Assembly: GCA_965140705.1 (NCBI GenBank)
Contig: OZ223300.1
Coordinates: forward strand, 1,504,001-1,568,000
Direction of reading: 5' to 3'
Length of the DNA stretch: 64,000 nt
Source: an uncultured Arcobacter sp.
Lineage (GTDB): Bacteria > Campylobacterota > Campylobacteria > Campylobacterales > Arcobacteraceae
Shown here: positions 10,064-19,871 of the stretch, one piece after another
Position numbering within the stretch: the first letter of the stretch is position 1
Layout: each line of letters begins with the position of its first letter
Program-made: the position numbers and the translations under genes
Notes under the pieces: generated by a model
Databases searched by the model: none
The model's input: only the letters and a program-made list of their open reading frames with translations
Told to the model about the DNA's origin: nothing

Positions 10064-12679
10064 TTTTATATCTATTGCTAGTGGTAATTGAACATATTTT
10101 GCTTTTTTGTCATCTAATACTTCTATTTCTGGGTTAATAAATAATCTGTTATCTGTAATATTATGTTTTTCCAATAGATATTTTTTTACTTCTTCTATTC
10201 TGTTATTTGCTAATGTTTCTAATTGTACTTTTGGAATATCTATTTTGGGTAAGATAAGTGCTTTTATTTTAGAGATATAAGCTGTTTTATCTAGAATCAT
10301 TTTATCTTTATCTTTTATCATTGATTCTTTTTTTAATTTATTAAGTGAAATTGATCCATTATATATAGACTCTAAAGCCAATAAATATTTATCACCATCT
10401 TTGAAACTTTTACTCTCTTTAGAGATTAACTCATCTAATTTTCTATTTTGCAAAGCAATTTTATCCTTGATTTTATCATAAGCAGGTTTGATTTTTAAAG
10501 CAAGATTTGGACGTTTGGCAAATGCTTTAGCAATATTATCTAAAGTCTCTTTTTCTGAGTCAATTAGATTACTCTCCCCATAAACAAACTCTACTTTTTT
10601 TATTTCATCTGCACTTACACCTAAAATTGAAGCTAAAAGTGAAAAAGGAGAAGCAACTGATTTAATAATAAGATTTGTAAATACTTTCCAAACAATTGGT
10701 GCTACAGAAAATTGTGGATCATCTAAATTCCCATTAATAGGTAAATCAATATTAATAATTCCATCAGAATCTTCTAATAGAGCGATTCCAAGTTCTAAAG
10801 GTAGGTTTGAACCATTGTTTTTGTCAATCAATTTTCCAAGTTCAATTTTATCAATTATTACACTATTTTGAGCATTCAAGTTTGATTTTTTGATATTATA
10901 GTGTAAGTCCAAATTTAATTTTCCTTGTTTAATATCTCTTCCTACAAATTTATCTGAATAGGGAGTAAAACTTTTCATATCTATATTTTTAAATATCAAA
11001 CTTACATCTGTAAGTATTTTAATATCATTTAAATCAACAACTCCTGTAATCTTTGTATAACCATATTTATCAATTTTACCTATGAGTTTCAATTTTGTAG
11101 GTTTTGAACTCTTTGAGTTAAGTTCTGAAAACTTACCATTTAATTTTGTAATATTAGTTTTAAAGGGTGCTTTTAGAGTTCTGTCTTCAAATAATAATTG
11201 ACCATTTTTAATATCTATAGGACCGATATCTAAAAAAGTGCTCGATTTTTCATTATTTGTATTTGTCTTTTTTGTCTCTTTTTTTGCAGCTTTTTCATTA
11301 GCATTTTTATTTTTTCCTAATACTATTGAAGTATATGAATCTGGAATATCTACACTTGATAATTTGATTTTGTCATTGTCTTTTAAAAACTTGTGTAGAT
11401 TTATCTCTATATTTTTAGCTTCAATTTTTGTATTATCAGAGTTATTATTTATTTTTATATTTTTTGTTCCAACAGTTGATTCATCAATTGTAATATTGTC
11501 ATTTATAATCGATAGTTTTTTCAATAATACATTTATATTTTTTGCATCTACTGTAGTTTTATTTTTTAAATCATCATATGAAAAATAAGAGTTATTTATT
11601 GCAAAAGAGTTCAAATCAACTAACCAAGGTTTACTTTTTGTTGTTTTATCTTTCTCAATACTAGGTTCAGCTGTATTTGAACTATTTATTAGATTATCAG
11701 TGTTTAATGTATTATTTTTATATGATGAAATATTTGCAAAAAGCTTATTTAAAACTATGTTTTCGATACTTATTTTTTGTTTTGTATAGTCAAAATTTAA
11801 GTCTTTGAGTTCAAGGCTTTTTAATCCTGCTAGTGTTTCTTTATTTTTGACAATATTTAAATCTTTTAATTCAAGATTTACTTTATTTATATATAGTTCT
11901 ATGTTTTTAGAGGTATCAAGATTATATCCTAAACTTAAATTTAAAGTTGGATTACCAATTGTGAAGTTTAATAAATCTTTTGAATATCCTACATATTCAT
12001 TTGCATGAAGATTTTTAAGTTCTATTTTTCCATACATCTTAAAAGGTATTAGTCTTAATCCACCCTCAATGAATAGTTTTGTATTTTTATTTATAATCGT
12101 ATTAAGACTATGAGATGCTAAAGAGTTTTTTAAAGTACCTAAGTCATAAAAAGTATAGTTAAAGTTATGTATTTTTGTTATAGTTTTTTTTGAATTAAAT
12201 ATTTGAGTAAAAAGAAAATCTCCATTTAAAATTTGAATCTTCGTAATTTCAAATAATGGAATAGAAGATTTTTCATTTGTTGGTTTATCTTTAGTTTCTA
12301 CTTTTTGTGGTTTTAAAATAGAGGCTAGATTTATATTTCCATTTTGGTCTTGAACAATATTTACATAAGGTTTTATAAGATTTATTTTCTTAAAGCTAAT
12401 ATGATGTTCATGTATTGATTTAAAAAGAGAAAAATCAACTTCAAAACTTTTAAACCCAATCAATTTTTCATTTTTATTTGATATGGAAAAACCATTAAGT
12501 TTTAAAGCCAAAGTATATGGGTTGAAACGTACTTTTTCTAATTTACTTTTATAAATGAGTAAATCATCAAGATTTTTTATTATCTGATCTTTTGCAACAT
12601 ATGGCACTAAAAAGAAACCTATGAGCGAATAAACCACAAATACAGATAATAAAATTTTAATAAATAGGTTATTTTTCAT
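10055..12679 (-). CDS. DUF748 / AsmA-like envelope protein
   Basis: N-terminal TM, FNPYTL, LPLELGIALLEDSDG.INIDLPI.G.LDDPQFS typical of DUF748; start at ATG 12679 after GGAG. Confidence 0.75.
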   Translation of the reverse strand: MKNNLFIKILLSVFVVYSLIGFFLVPYVAKDQIIKNLDDLLIYKSKLEKVRFNPYTLALKLNGFSISNKNEKLIGFKSFEVDFSLFKSIHEHHISFKKINLIKPYVNIVQDQNGNINLASILKPQKVETKDKPTNEKSSIPLFEITKIQILNGDFLFTQIFNSKKTITKIHNFNYTFYDLGTLKNSLASHSLNTIINKNTKLFIEGGLRLIPFKMYGKIELKNLHANEYVGYSKDLLNFTIGNPTLNLSLGYNLDTSKNIELYINKVNLELKDLNIVKNKETLAGLKSLELKDLNFDYTKQKISIENIVLNKLFANISSYKNNTLNTDNLINSSNTAEPSIEKDKTTKSKPWLVDLNSFAINNSYFSYDDLKNKTTVDAKNINVLLKKLSIINDNITIDESTVGTKNIKINNNSDNTKIEAKNIEINLHKFLKDNDKIKLSSVDIPDSYTSIVLGKNKNANEKAAKKETKKTNTNNEKSSTFLDIGPIDIKNGQLLFEDRTLKAPFKTNITKLNGKFSELNSKSSKPTKLKLIGKIDKYGYTKITGVVDLNDIKILTDVSLIFKNIDMKSFTPYSDKFVGRDIKQGKLNLDLHYNIKKSNLNAQNSVIIDKIELGKLIDKNNGSNLPLELGIALLEDSDGIINIDLPINGNLDDPQFSVAPIVWKVFTNLIIKSVASPFSLLASILGVSADEIKKVEFVYGESNLIDSEKETLDNIAKAFAKRPNLALKIKPAYDKIKDKIALQNRKLDELISKESKSFKDGDKYLLALESIYNGSISLNKLKKESMIKDKDKMILDKTAYISKIKALILPKIDIPKVQLETLANNRIEEVKKYLLEKHNITDNRLFINPEIEVLDDKKAKYVQLPLAIDIKKK

Positions 12680-12760
12680 AGAAATCTCCAAATAATAAGT
12701 TAACTTATTATAGCAAAATAAATAACAAATTTGATACAATAGCCATCTTAAAGGAATTAG

Positions 12761-13861
12761 ATGAATATTATAGAGTTATTTCAAAAATTATTAAGATTTA
12801 AATCACTTACACCTGATGATGATGGAGCTTTTGACTTTATTGAAGAGTATCTTGGGGATACTTGGACTTGTATCAAAGTTGATATGGAAGGTGTAAAAAA
12901 TAGATTTTATTATAAAAAGTTCAATGATAAAAAACAGCACTTATGTTTTGCAGGACATATTGATGTAGTACCTGTAGGGCAGGGTTGGGAAATAGACCCA
13001 TTTGCAGCTGATATAGTAGATGGAGTAATAAGTGCAAGAGGTGCTCAAGATATGAAAAGTGGAGATGCAGCTTTTTTATATGCTTGTAAACATGCTCAAA
13101 ATTTTGATGGAACTTTAAGTATTTTGATGACAAGTGATGAAGAGGGTGAAGGAACTTACGGAACTATCAAAATGCTTGAACAGCTAAAAGAGATAGACTT
13201 TATACCAAATTATGCAGTTGTAGCAGAACCAACTTGTGAAGAAGTTTTTGGTGATGCTATAAAAGTAGGAAGACGTGGAAGTATAAATGGATATATTACT
13301 ATAAAAGGTAAACAAGGACATGCAGCATATCCAGAAAAATGTATCAACCCAGTTCATAACTTTGCCTCAATTTTACCAAAACTAGCAGGGCATAACTTAG
13401 ATGATGGTGATGAATATTTCGCCCCATCAAAGATGGTAATAACTGATATAAGAGGTGGTATGGAAGTTACAAATGTAACACCAAATGAATTAAAACTTAT
13501 GTTCAATGTAAGAAATTCAACAAATACCACAAGAGAGTCTGTAGAAGAGTTTATACATGAAAATCTAAAAGGTTTAGAATATGAGTTTAAAACAACACAA
13601 GGCTCTTTTCCTTTTGTGACAAATAAAGAATCAAAAGTAGTTAAAGCTATGGAAAATTCTATAAAAGAGGTTTTAGGCGTAACGACAAAACACTCAACAC
13701 ATGGAGGAACAAGTGACGCCAGATATTTTGGAGCCTTTGGAATAGAAGCCATAGAGTTTGGTGTTATAAATGATACTATTCATAGCGTAGGTGAGCGAAC
13801 AACCGTGAAAGAAGTAGAGGGCTTAACCGCTGTGTTTGTGGATTTGATTAAGAACTTTTAA
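12761..13861 (+). CDS. dapE: succinyl-diaminopimelate desuccinylase
   Basis: FAGHIDVVP, RGAQDMK, TSDEEG, GRRGS, QGHAAYP, GGTSDAR. Confidence 0.95.
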   Translation: MNIIELFQKLLRFKSLTPDDDGAFDFIEEYLGDTWTCIKVDMEGVKNRFYYKKFNDKKQHLCFAGHIDVVPVGQGWEIDPFAADIVDGVISARGAQDMKSGDAAFLYACKHAQNFDGTLSILMTSDEEGEGTYGTIKMLEQLKEIDFIPNYAVVAEPTCEEVFGDAIKVGRRGSINGYITIKGKQGHAAYPEKCINPVHNFASILPKLAGHNLDDGDEYFAPSKMVITDIRGGMEVTNVTPNELKLMFNVRNSTNTTRESVEEFIHENLKGLEYEFKTTQGSFPFVTNKESKVVKAMENSIKEVLGVTTKHSTHGGTSDARYFGAFGIEAIEFGVINDTIHSVGERTTVKEVEGLTAVFVDLIKNF

Positions 13862-13943
13862 AAATAAATTGCAAATTGTAATAAAATTGTAACTAAAGAG
13901 TTCTTTTCGATAAACTTTTCAAAAAATTACATAGGAAGAGTTT

Positions 13944-14486
13944 ATGGAAAATTTACCACAAGAAATAATCCAGAGTAGAATCTACGAAATCCGTAATTTA
14001 AAAGTTATGTTGGACAGTGACCTAGCAAAACTGTATGAAGTAGAAACCAAAAGAATAAATGAAGCAGTAAAAAACAACCCTGAAAAATTTCCTGAAGATT
14101 TTTATTTTGAACTCAGTGAAAAAGAGTTTGAGATTTTGCGGTCGAAATTTTCGACCACAAAATTTTCCAAAACAAGAACCTTGCCTAAAGTCTTTACTGA
14201 ACAAGGTGTTTATATGCTTGCAACCGTATTAAAAAGCAAAATTGCTACAGAAGTTACAATAAATATCATGCGTACCTTTACAAAGCTTAGAGAGTTTGCA
14301 CTTACATACAAAGACATAGTAATAGAGTTAAAAAATCTAAAAGAAGATTTAAAACTAAATCAAAATCAAACAATAGAAAATACTCAACACATAAAAACAG
14401 CCTTTGAACTGCTTACTCAAATACTTGAAGACACAAAAAAGACAGATGATAAAGTGATGGGGTTTAGAATAGAGAAAAAGAATTAG
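13944..14486 (+). CDS. ORF6N-domain DNA-binding protein
   Basis: IYEIR..KVMLDSDLAKLYEVETKRINEAVKNN.EKFPEDF.F.L...FTEQGVYMLATVLKS; C-terminal coiled coil ending MGF. Confidence 0.88.
   Translation: MENLPQEIIQSRIYEIRNLKVMLDSDLAKLYEVETKRINEAVKNNPEKFPEDFYFELSEKEFEILRSKFSTTKFSKTRTLPKVFTEQGVYMLATVLKSKIATEVTINIMRTFTKLREFALTYKDIVIELKNLKEDLKLNQNQTIENTQHIKTAFELLTQILEDTKKTDDKVMGFRIEKKN
14133..14163. repeat. 31-bp near-perfect palindrome inside the ORF6N CDS
   Basis: ATTTTGCGGTCGAAA-T-TTTCGACCACAAAAT; 14 of 15 arm positions pair. Confidence 0.9.
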
Positions 14487-14519
14487 ATATAATAAAAAGA
14501 TAGAACTAAGAGGTGAAGT

Positions 14520-16403
14520 ATGCCCAATAAACATATTAATGAATTTTTAGATTATTATATAAAATTTCCAAATCCTCAATATGCAGTCCTTTTAAAAGGA
14601 AAGTGGGGAAGCGGTAAAACACATTTTATTAATGAATATAAAAAACAATTAGATATAAATCAACAAAAATATATTTATGTAAGTTTATATGGAGTTACTT
14701 CTTATGATGAAATTGAAACCAAGTTTTTAGAAACTATACATCCAAAACTTTACAATAAAAAGACTATTTTTGCAGGAAAAATTGCAAAACAACTTTTAAA
14801 AGGTTCATTAAAAATTGATTTAGATGATGATGGAAAAGTTGATGGAAATGCAAGTGTTCAATTACCTAATTTTAAGCCTGAAGATTTATTAAATACTAAA
14901 GATTATATTTTAATATTTGATGACTTGGAAAGAAGTGGTATAAATATTATTGATTTGCTTGGGTATATAAACTTTTTTGTTGAACATCAATCATACAAAG
15001 TAATATTAATTACAAATGAAGAAGAATTAGAAAAAACAAATAAATATACTCAAATTAAAGAAAAACTTGTTGGAAAAACTTTTGAATTTAAAACAAATCC
15101 AAGTGATGCGTATGATAGTTTTTTAAGTGAGCTTAAAAACGAAAGAAGAGTAAAAGAAGATATTTTAGAAAAAGAAAAATCAAAAATATTAGAACTTTTT
15201 AAAAAATCAAAGTTTAATAATTTAAGGATTTTAAGACAAAGCTTATTTGATTTTGAGAGGTTTTATGATGAAGTTTTAAAAAACCACATGCAGAATAACG
15301 AATTAATTAATGATGTCCTTATTATTTTATTTATTTTTATATTTGAAACTAGAAATTCTAAATCAGATTTTTTTGATAGATTAGCGAATGATGAACGTGG
15401 TTATTGGGATGAAATTTTAGAAAAAGAATTAATTAGTAAAAATAAGATAGAACCAAAAGCAAAAAACTTATATGAAGAGATTTATGAAAAGTATAATGTT
15501 TTCATAGAAAGAAATACGATTTTGAACATTCAAACTTGGAAGGATATTGTATTAAATTCATTTATAGATACAGAAAATATAAATAAATATTTATTAGAAA
15601 GTAAGTATTATGAAAATGAACCCACTTGGAAAAAATTGTGGAATTATTTAGAATTAGATGACACCAATTTTGATATAGTTTTTAATGATGTATATAATAA
15701 ATTAAATGAGTGTCACTACTCAGAGTTACTTCATATAATGTTGATATCTTCTACTGTATTAAAGTTAAAAAGTTTAGGATTAGTTAGTTATTCTTTAACA
15801 GAACTTTTTGATGTATTAAAAAAACAAATTGATTATTTATTTAATAATGATTTGATAGTTAAAAATTATATTTTATATAAAGAAGATACTTTAAATAGTC
15901 ATTCTTATTCCTCTTTAGGTTTTGAAATAGATTTTAAAGAGTATTTAGAAATAAAAAAATATATTAAAGACAAATTAAATGAAAAAGAAGAAGAATTTTT
16001 TAGAAAGGCATTTTATGAAATTGCTGATTCAATAGAAAATAATACTTCAAATTTATATAAGTTATTATCGCATTCTAAGAATATGGAGACACTTTATTAT
16101 GAAAAACCAGTTTTTGCTTTTATAGATGTTAATGAGTTTGCAAGTTTATTAATAAAAGCAAAAAGTAAAGCACAATATGCTTTCGGTAGTATAATTAATC
16201 GTAGATATGAATATGAAATAATTGCTAGAAAACTTATGGATGAATATTCTTTTATTTTAAAACTTAAAGAAATAATTGAAAATGAAACAATAGAAAAAAA
16301 AGGTAAAATTAGTGGTTATAGATTAGAATGTAATTTATTAGGACAACTAACGAAGGCAAATGAAGATTTAAAAAATATTATTAAAGAAAACAATTATAAA
16401 TAA
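14520..16403 (+). CDS. KAP-family P-loop NTPase with long helical C-terminal region
   Basis: Walker A GKWGSGKT, YVSLYG, Walker B LIFDDLER, KEKLVGKT, NLRIL; very AT-rich. Confidence 0.82.
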   Translation: MPNKHINEFLDYYIKFPNPQYAVLLKGKWGSGKTHFINEYKKQLDINQQKYIYVSLYGVTSYDEIETKFLETIHPKLYNKKTIFAGKIAKQLLKGSLKIDLDDDGKVDGNASVQLPNFKPEDLLNTKDYILIFDDLERSGINIIDLLGYINFFVEHQSYKVILITNEEELEKTNKYTQIKEKLVGKTFEFKTNPSDAYDSFLSELKNERRVKEDILEKEKSKILELFKKSKFNNLRILRQSLFDFERFYDEVLKNHMQNNELINDVLIILFIFIFETRNSKSDFFDRLANDERGYWDEILEKELISKNKIEPKAKNLYEEIYEKYNVFIERNTILNIQTWKDIVLNSFIDTENINKYLLESKYYENEPTWKKLWNYLELDDTNFDIVFNDVYNKLNECHYSELLHIMLISSTVLKLKSLGLVSYSLTELFDVLKKQIDYLFNNDLIVKNYILYKEDTLNSHSYSSLGFEIDFKEYLEIKKYIKDKLNEKEEEFFRKAFYEIADSIENNTSNLYKLLSHSKNMETLYYEKPVFAFIDVNEFASLLIKAKSKAQYAFGSIINRRYEYEIIARKLMDEYSFILKLKEIIENETIEKKGKISGYRLECNLLGQLTKANEDLKNIIKENNYK

Positions 16404-16424
16404 ATTTATAAAAAGGTATTAGAA

Positions 16425-16472
16425 ATGCCATTTTCAAAAGAGGAAAAACAAAAGCTTTTAGAATTAAAGTAA
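16425..16472 (+). pseudogene. 15-codon gene remnant (MPFSKEEKQKLLELK*), probably the N-terminus of a small helix-hairpin-helix protein
   Basis: AAGG RBS-like element, ATG at 16425, TAA 4 nt before the next ATG; family assignment from memory only. Confidence 0.45.
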
Positions 16473-16476
16473 GTAG

Positions 16477-16938
16477 ATGCAAATAATAAAATATAATGAA
16501 AAATATAAAAAAGAGATTCCTGAACTTTTCACCAATACTATTCTTAAAACATGCCATAAAGATTATACAAAAGAGCAATTAAATGCTTGGGCAAATTTAG
16601 ATATTGACTATAAAGTTTGGGAGGAAAGATTATCTAAAACAAAACCCTATTTAGGGATAATTGATGAAAAACTTGTCGGATTTGTAGAGTTTTATGAGGA
16701 TTATATTGATTGTTTTTATGTGCACCATGAATATCAAGGTTGTGGTGTAGGGAAAATGCTTATAAATCATATTTTTAAAATAGCAAAAGAGAATGAACAA
16801 ACTCTTTTAAAAGTGGATGCAAGTATCACTGCAAAACCATTTTTTGAGAAGTTTGGTTTTAAAGTATTAAAGAAAAATAGAGTAAAAAGAGGCAATATAG
16901 AATTGACTAATTTTACTATGCTATTGTCCCATTACTGA
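16477..16938 (+). CDS. GNAT-family N-acetyltransferase (YafP-like)
   Basis: DYTKEQLNAWA, FYVHHEYQGCGVGK, ASITAKPFFEKFGF. Confidence 0.88.
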   Translation: MQIIKYNEKYKKEIPELFTNTILKTCHKDYTKEQLNAWANLDIDYKVWEERLSKTKPYLGIIDEKLVGFVEFYEDYIDCFYVHHEYQGCGVGKMLINHIFKIAKENEQTLLKVDASITAKPFFEKFGFKVLKKNRVKRGNIELTNFTMLLSHY

Positions 16939-17020
16939 TTTTGTTGCAAAAACCACTAAAAGTAAAATTACCTTATAATAAAGAGAGTTTTAAAGTAAAA
17001 TAGAGAATTGATAAATTTTA

Positions 17021-17518
17021 ATGTACCAGGGAAAGAAAGTGAAAAATAAATTATATTTTATGTGTGGAAAGATGGCGGCTGGAAAATCCACTTTGTCAAA
17101 AAAACTTGCAAAAGAAAAAGATGCAATATTATTAAGTGAAGACAAAATATTAGGAGAACTTTATCCAAGTGAGATACAAACAATAGAAGATTATGTAACT
17201 TACTCTTCTAGGTTAAAAGTTATGTTAAAAGAGCATCTTATTGAACTTTTAAAAAAAGAAAATAGTGTTGTGTTAGATTTTCCTGCAAATACAATTAGCC
17301 AAAGAGAGTGGTTTAAAGAGATAATAAAAGAATCTAAAATTGAGCATGTGATGTATTATGTAAAAAGAAGTGATGATGTATGTAAAAGTCAACTAAAAAA
17401 GAGAAATGAGAATATATCACAAGATTCTCCTCTGATAGATGAAAAAACTTTTGATACTATTACAAAATATTTCCAAGAACCTAAAGAAGAGGAAGGTTTT
17501 AATATAATATATTGTTAG
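17021..17518 (+). CDS. small P-loop kinase (AAA_33-like)
   Basis: CGKMAAGKSTL Walker A, VVLDFPANT..QR.W; start may be GTG 17039. Confidence 0.8.
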   Translation: MYQGKKVKNKLYFMCGKMAAGKSTLSKKLAKEKDAILLSEDKILGELYPSEIQTIEDYVTYSSRLKVMLKEHLIELLKKENSVVLDFPANTISQREWFKEIIKESKIEHVMYYVKRSDDVCKSQLKKRNENISQDSPLIDEKTFDTITKYFQEPKEEEGFNIIYC

Positions 17519-17591
17519 ATTAACTACTTAGCAGATTTCATCATTATTTAAATTATAAAATTATAGTATGTTTATACAAAAGGACAATATA

Positions 17592-18308
17592 ATGCAACAA
17601 AATAGTAAAACTAGTTTTTTGATTTTGGGAATATTTATATTCTTAGGTTTGAGTACTTTAGGTTACTTTTTTAAAAGTGCAATTGTGGAGTATAAACAAT
17701 TTGATAGAACTGTTAAGGTCAAGGGTCTTTCTGAAAAAGAGTACAAGGCTGATATTGTAATTTGGCCTATCACTTATACAGAAGTAAGTAACAATCTTGA
17801 AGATATATATAATTCCATTGATAAAAACAATGAAAAAATCAATAATTTTTTACTTTCAAATGGCATAGAAAAAAGCGAGATAACTTTTTCTGCTCCTGAA
17901 ATCACAGATAAAGTTGCTCAACAATATGGTAATGAAAAAATTAACTATAGATACAATGCTAGACAAACAATAACTGTATATTCAAAAAATATTGATGGAG
18001 TTCGAGCTGTAAAAAGTTCTCTATCAAAACTTGGAAAGCAAGGTATAGTATTTTCAGGCGATAATTATGGAAGTCGTACCGAATATATTTTTACAAAACT
18101 AAATGAAGTAAAACCAAAAATGATAGAAGAAGCTACAAAAAAAGCAAGAGAAGTAGCCCAAAAATTTGCCTTTGATTCAAAAAGTAAATTAGGAAAAATA
18201 AAAAGTGCATCTCAAGGGCAATTTTCAATCTCTCAAAGGGATAAAAATAACCCTCAAATTAAAAAAATCAGAGTTGTCTCAACTGTTGAGTATTATTTAA
18301 CAGATTGA
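17592..18308 (+). CDS. SIMPL (DUF541) domain protein
   Basis: N-terminal TM, RTVKVKGLSE...AD, LGKIKSASQGQFSI, KKIRVVSTVEY. Confidence 0.85.
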   Translation: MQQNSKTSFLILGIFIFLGLSTLGYFFKSAIVEYKQFDRTVKVKGLSEKEYKADIVIWPITYTEVSNNLEDIYNSIDKNNEKINNFLLSNGIEKSEITFSAPEITDKVAQQYGNEKINYRYNARQTITVYSKNIDGVRAVKSSLSKLGKQGIVFSGDNYGSRTEYIFTKLNEVKPKMIEEATKKAREVAQKFAFDSKSKLGKIKSASQGQFSISQRDKNNPQIKKIRVVSTVEYYLTD

Positions 18309-18328
18309 TATAAAATAAAGAAATTTTT

Positions 18329-19684
18329 TTATAAAAATGAGTTTAAAAACTCTATCCACAAATATTGAAGTGGATATAAAAACAGTGTGGTTAGTACTGC
18401 TAAAGTAATTAATACTTTTAAAACATGTCTTTGTTTTATTTTAGAAAGAGCAAGACCTACTATTAAAGGTGGGGCTTGGTGGGCAAAGAATATATTTGAA
18501 TAAGCAGCTACTTGCATCATAAGTATTTGATCAAAACTAAAACCAGTTACGTTAGAAATTTGTTCTGCCATAGGTGTAAATATGGCAGGGATACTTGGTT
18601 GTGTAGCAATTATTCCCGTTAATGACATGACTAAAGTTACTTTAATATAGTTTATTATTCCATATTGTGAGGGCACATACAAGTTAATCAAACTAGATAA
18701 TACCTCTTTTATATAATCATTATGCGCTACAATAGTTCCTAAACCTATGATTGTTGCTACATATAATAAAGAAGAAAAATTTATACTATTTATATCTTTT
18801 GATTTTATTATGCCAATTGAAGGAACTGCTAAAAAAAGTATTCCACATATTGCAATAACACTAGGAGAGATTTTATGTATAAAATCTGTTGCCCAAAAAG
18901 TAATCATAAGTAAAATAGTAAAAATCACTATTAATTCATCTTTTGAAAATTTTATTTTTGTTTTATTTTTATTTATAATTTTTGGAGTATCATTAAAAAA
19001 ATTATAAATTAATACAACTATTATAATATCTTTTAAAATAGTAAAAACTAAGAAGTTAGTAAGCAAATAATGTGAATACAAAATATCATAATTGTAAAGT
19101 TGTGAAGTTAAACCTGTTAATATCATATTTGGGATATTTGCAGGAAGAATTGCAAAACCAGACATTGATGTTGTAATTATAAAAGCCAATAAAATACCAA
19201 TATATCCTTTATCATTCTCCTTAAATCCAAAACTATTGGCAACTGCTATTGCTATGGGAACCATCATCACAACTCTTCCTACACTTGAAGGCATAACAAA
19301 ACTAGCAAGAGCTGAGAATATAGTAATTGAGATTATGATATTTAAATAAGTTACATTTTTCAAATTTGAAAAGATTTTCGAAAATCTATGTGTTAAGTTT
19401 ACATTTTTTATAGCTGTTCCAATTAACATACCTGCAAAAACTAACCAAAAAGCAGATGAAGCAAAGCCGGAAAAAATAAGCTCCTTTGAGCTTAGTGAAA
19501 AAGCACTACATGAGAATAAAAAAAGTAATGAATTATAAAAACCTGAGACTAAATTTGTAGCCCAAAAGATTATAGTTGATAAAACTATACTTATAAGAAA
19601 TAAATCTTTTTGATCTATTATAAAATTTGAAAGAATTGAGTACAAAAAAATAGGAATAGTAATTAATAAAACAGTTTTTATCAT
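18329..19684 (-). CDS. SLC13-family / IT-superfamily permease
   Basis: FSGFASSAFWLVFAG, MPSSVGRV, ILPANIPN, HQAPPL; about 12 TMs. Confidence 0.78.
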   Translation of the reverse strand: MIKTVLLITIPIFLYSILSNFIIDQKDLFLISIVLSTIIFWATNLVSGFYNSLLFLFSCSAFSLSSKELIFSGFASSAFWLVFAGMLIGTAIKNVNLTHRFSKIFSNLKNVTYLNIIISITIFSALASFVMPSSVGRVVMMVPIAIAVANSFGFKENDKGYIGILLAFIITTSMSGFAILPANIPNMILTGLTSQLYNYDILYSHYLLTNFLVFTILKDIIIVVLIYNFFNDTPKIINKNKTKIKFSKDELIVIFTILLMITFWATDFIHKISPSVIAICGILFLAVPSIGIIKSKDINSINFSSLLYVATIIGLGTIVAHNDYIKEVLSSLINLYVPSQYGIINYIKVTLVMSLTGIIATQPSIPAIFTPMAEQISNVTGFSFDQILMMQVAAYSNIFFAHQAPPLIVGLALSKIKQRHVLKVLITLAVLTTLFLYPLQYLWIEFLNSFL

Positions 19685-19871
19685 TTTTCTACTTGTAAAA
19701 AGTTTTTTATAAGAATATTATTATTTTAATTAAAGAAACATTATCTAATTAAAAAAATAAGAATAATTCTTATAATATTCTATTTTTTTATTAATTATTT
19801 TTAGTTTTAACTTTTTTTGTTACAATACAAAGTTAAACTTTATATATTTGAATATTATTGAGGTTCTTATA

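Noticed and set aside
13866..13915. AAATTGTAA direct repeat and TTTTCGA half-site upstream of ORF6N
   Set aside because: Too short and AT-rich to distinguish from chance
16939..17020. Possible further gene remnant after the GNAT
   Set aside because: Short open frames exist, but none has a recognisable motif or start
13862..18308. Integron-like cassette array
   Set aside because: Gene types resemble cassette cargo, but I found no intI and no RYYYAAC...GTTRRRY attC pairs or repeated spacers between genes
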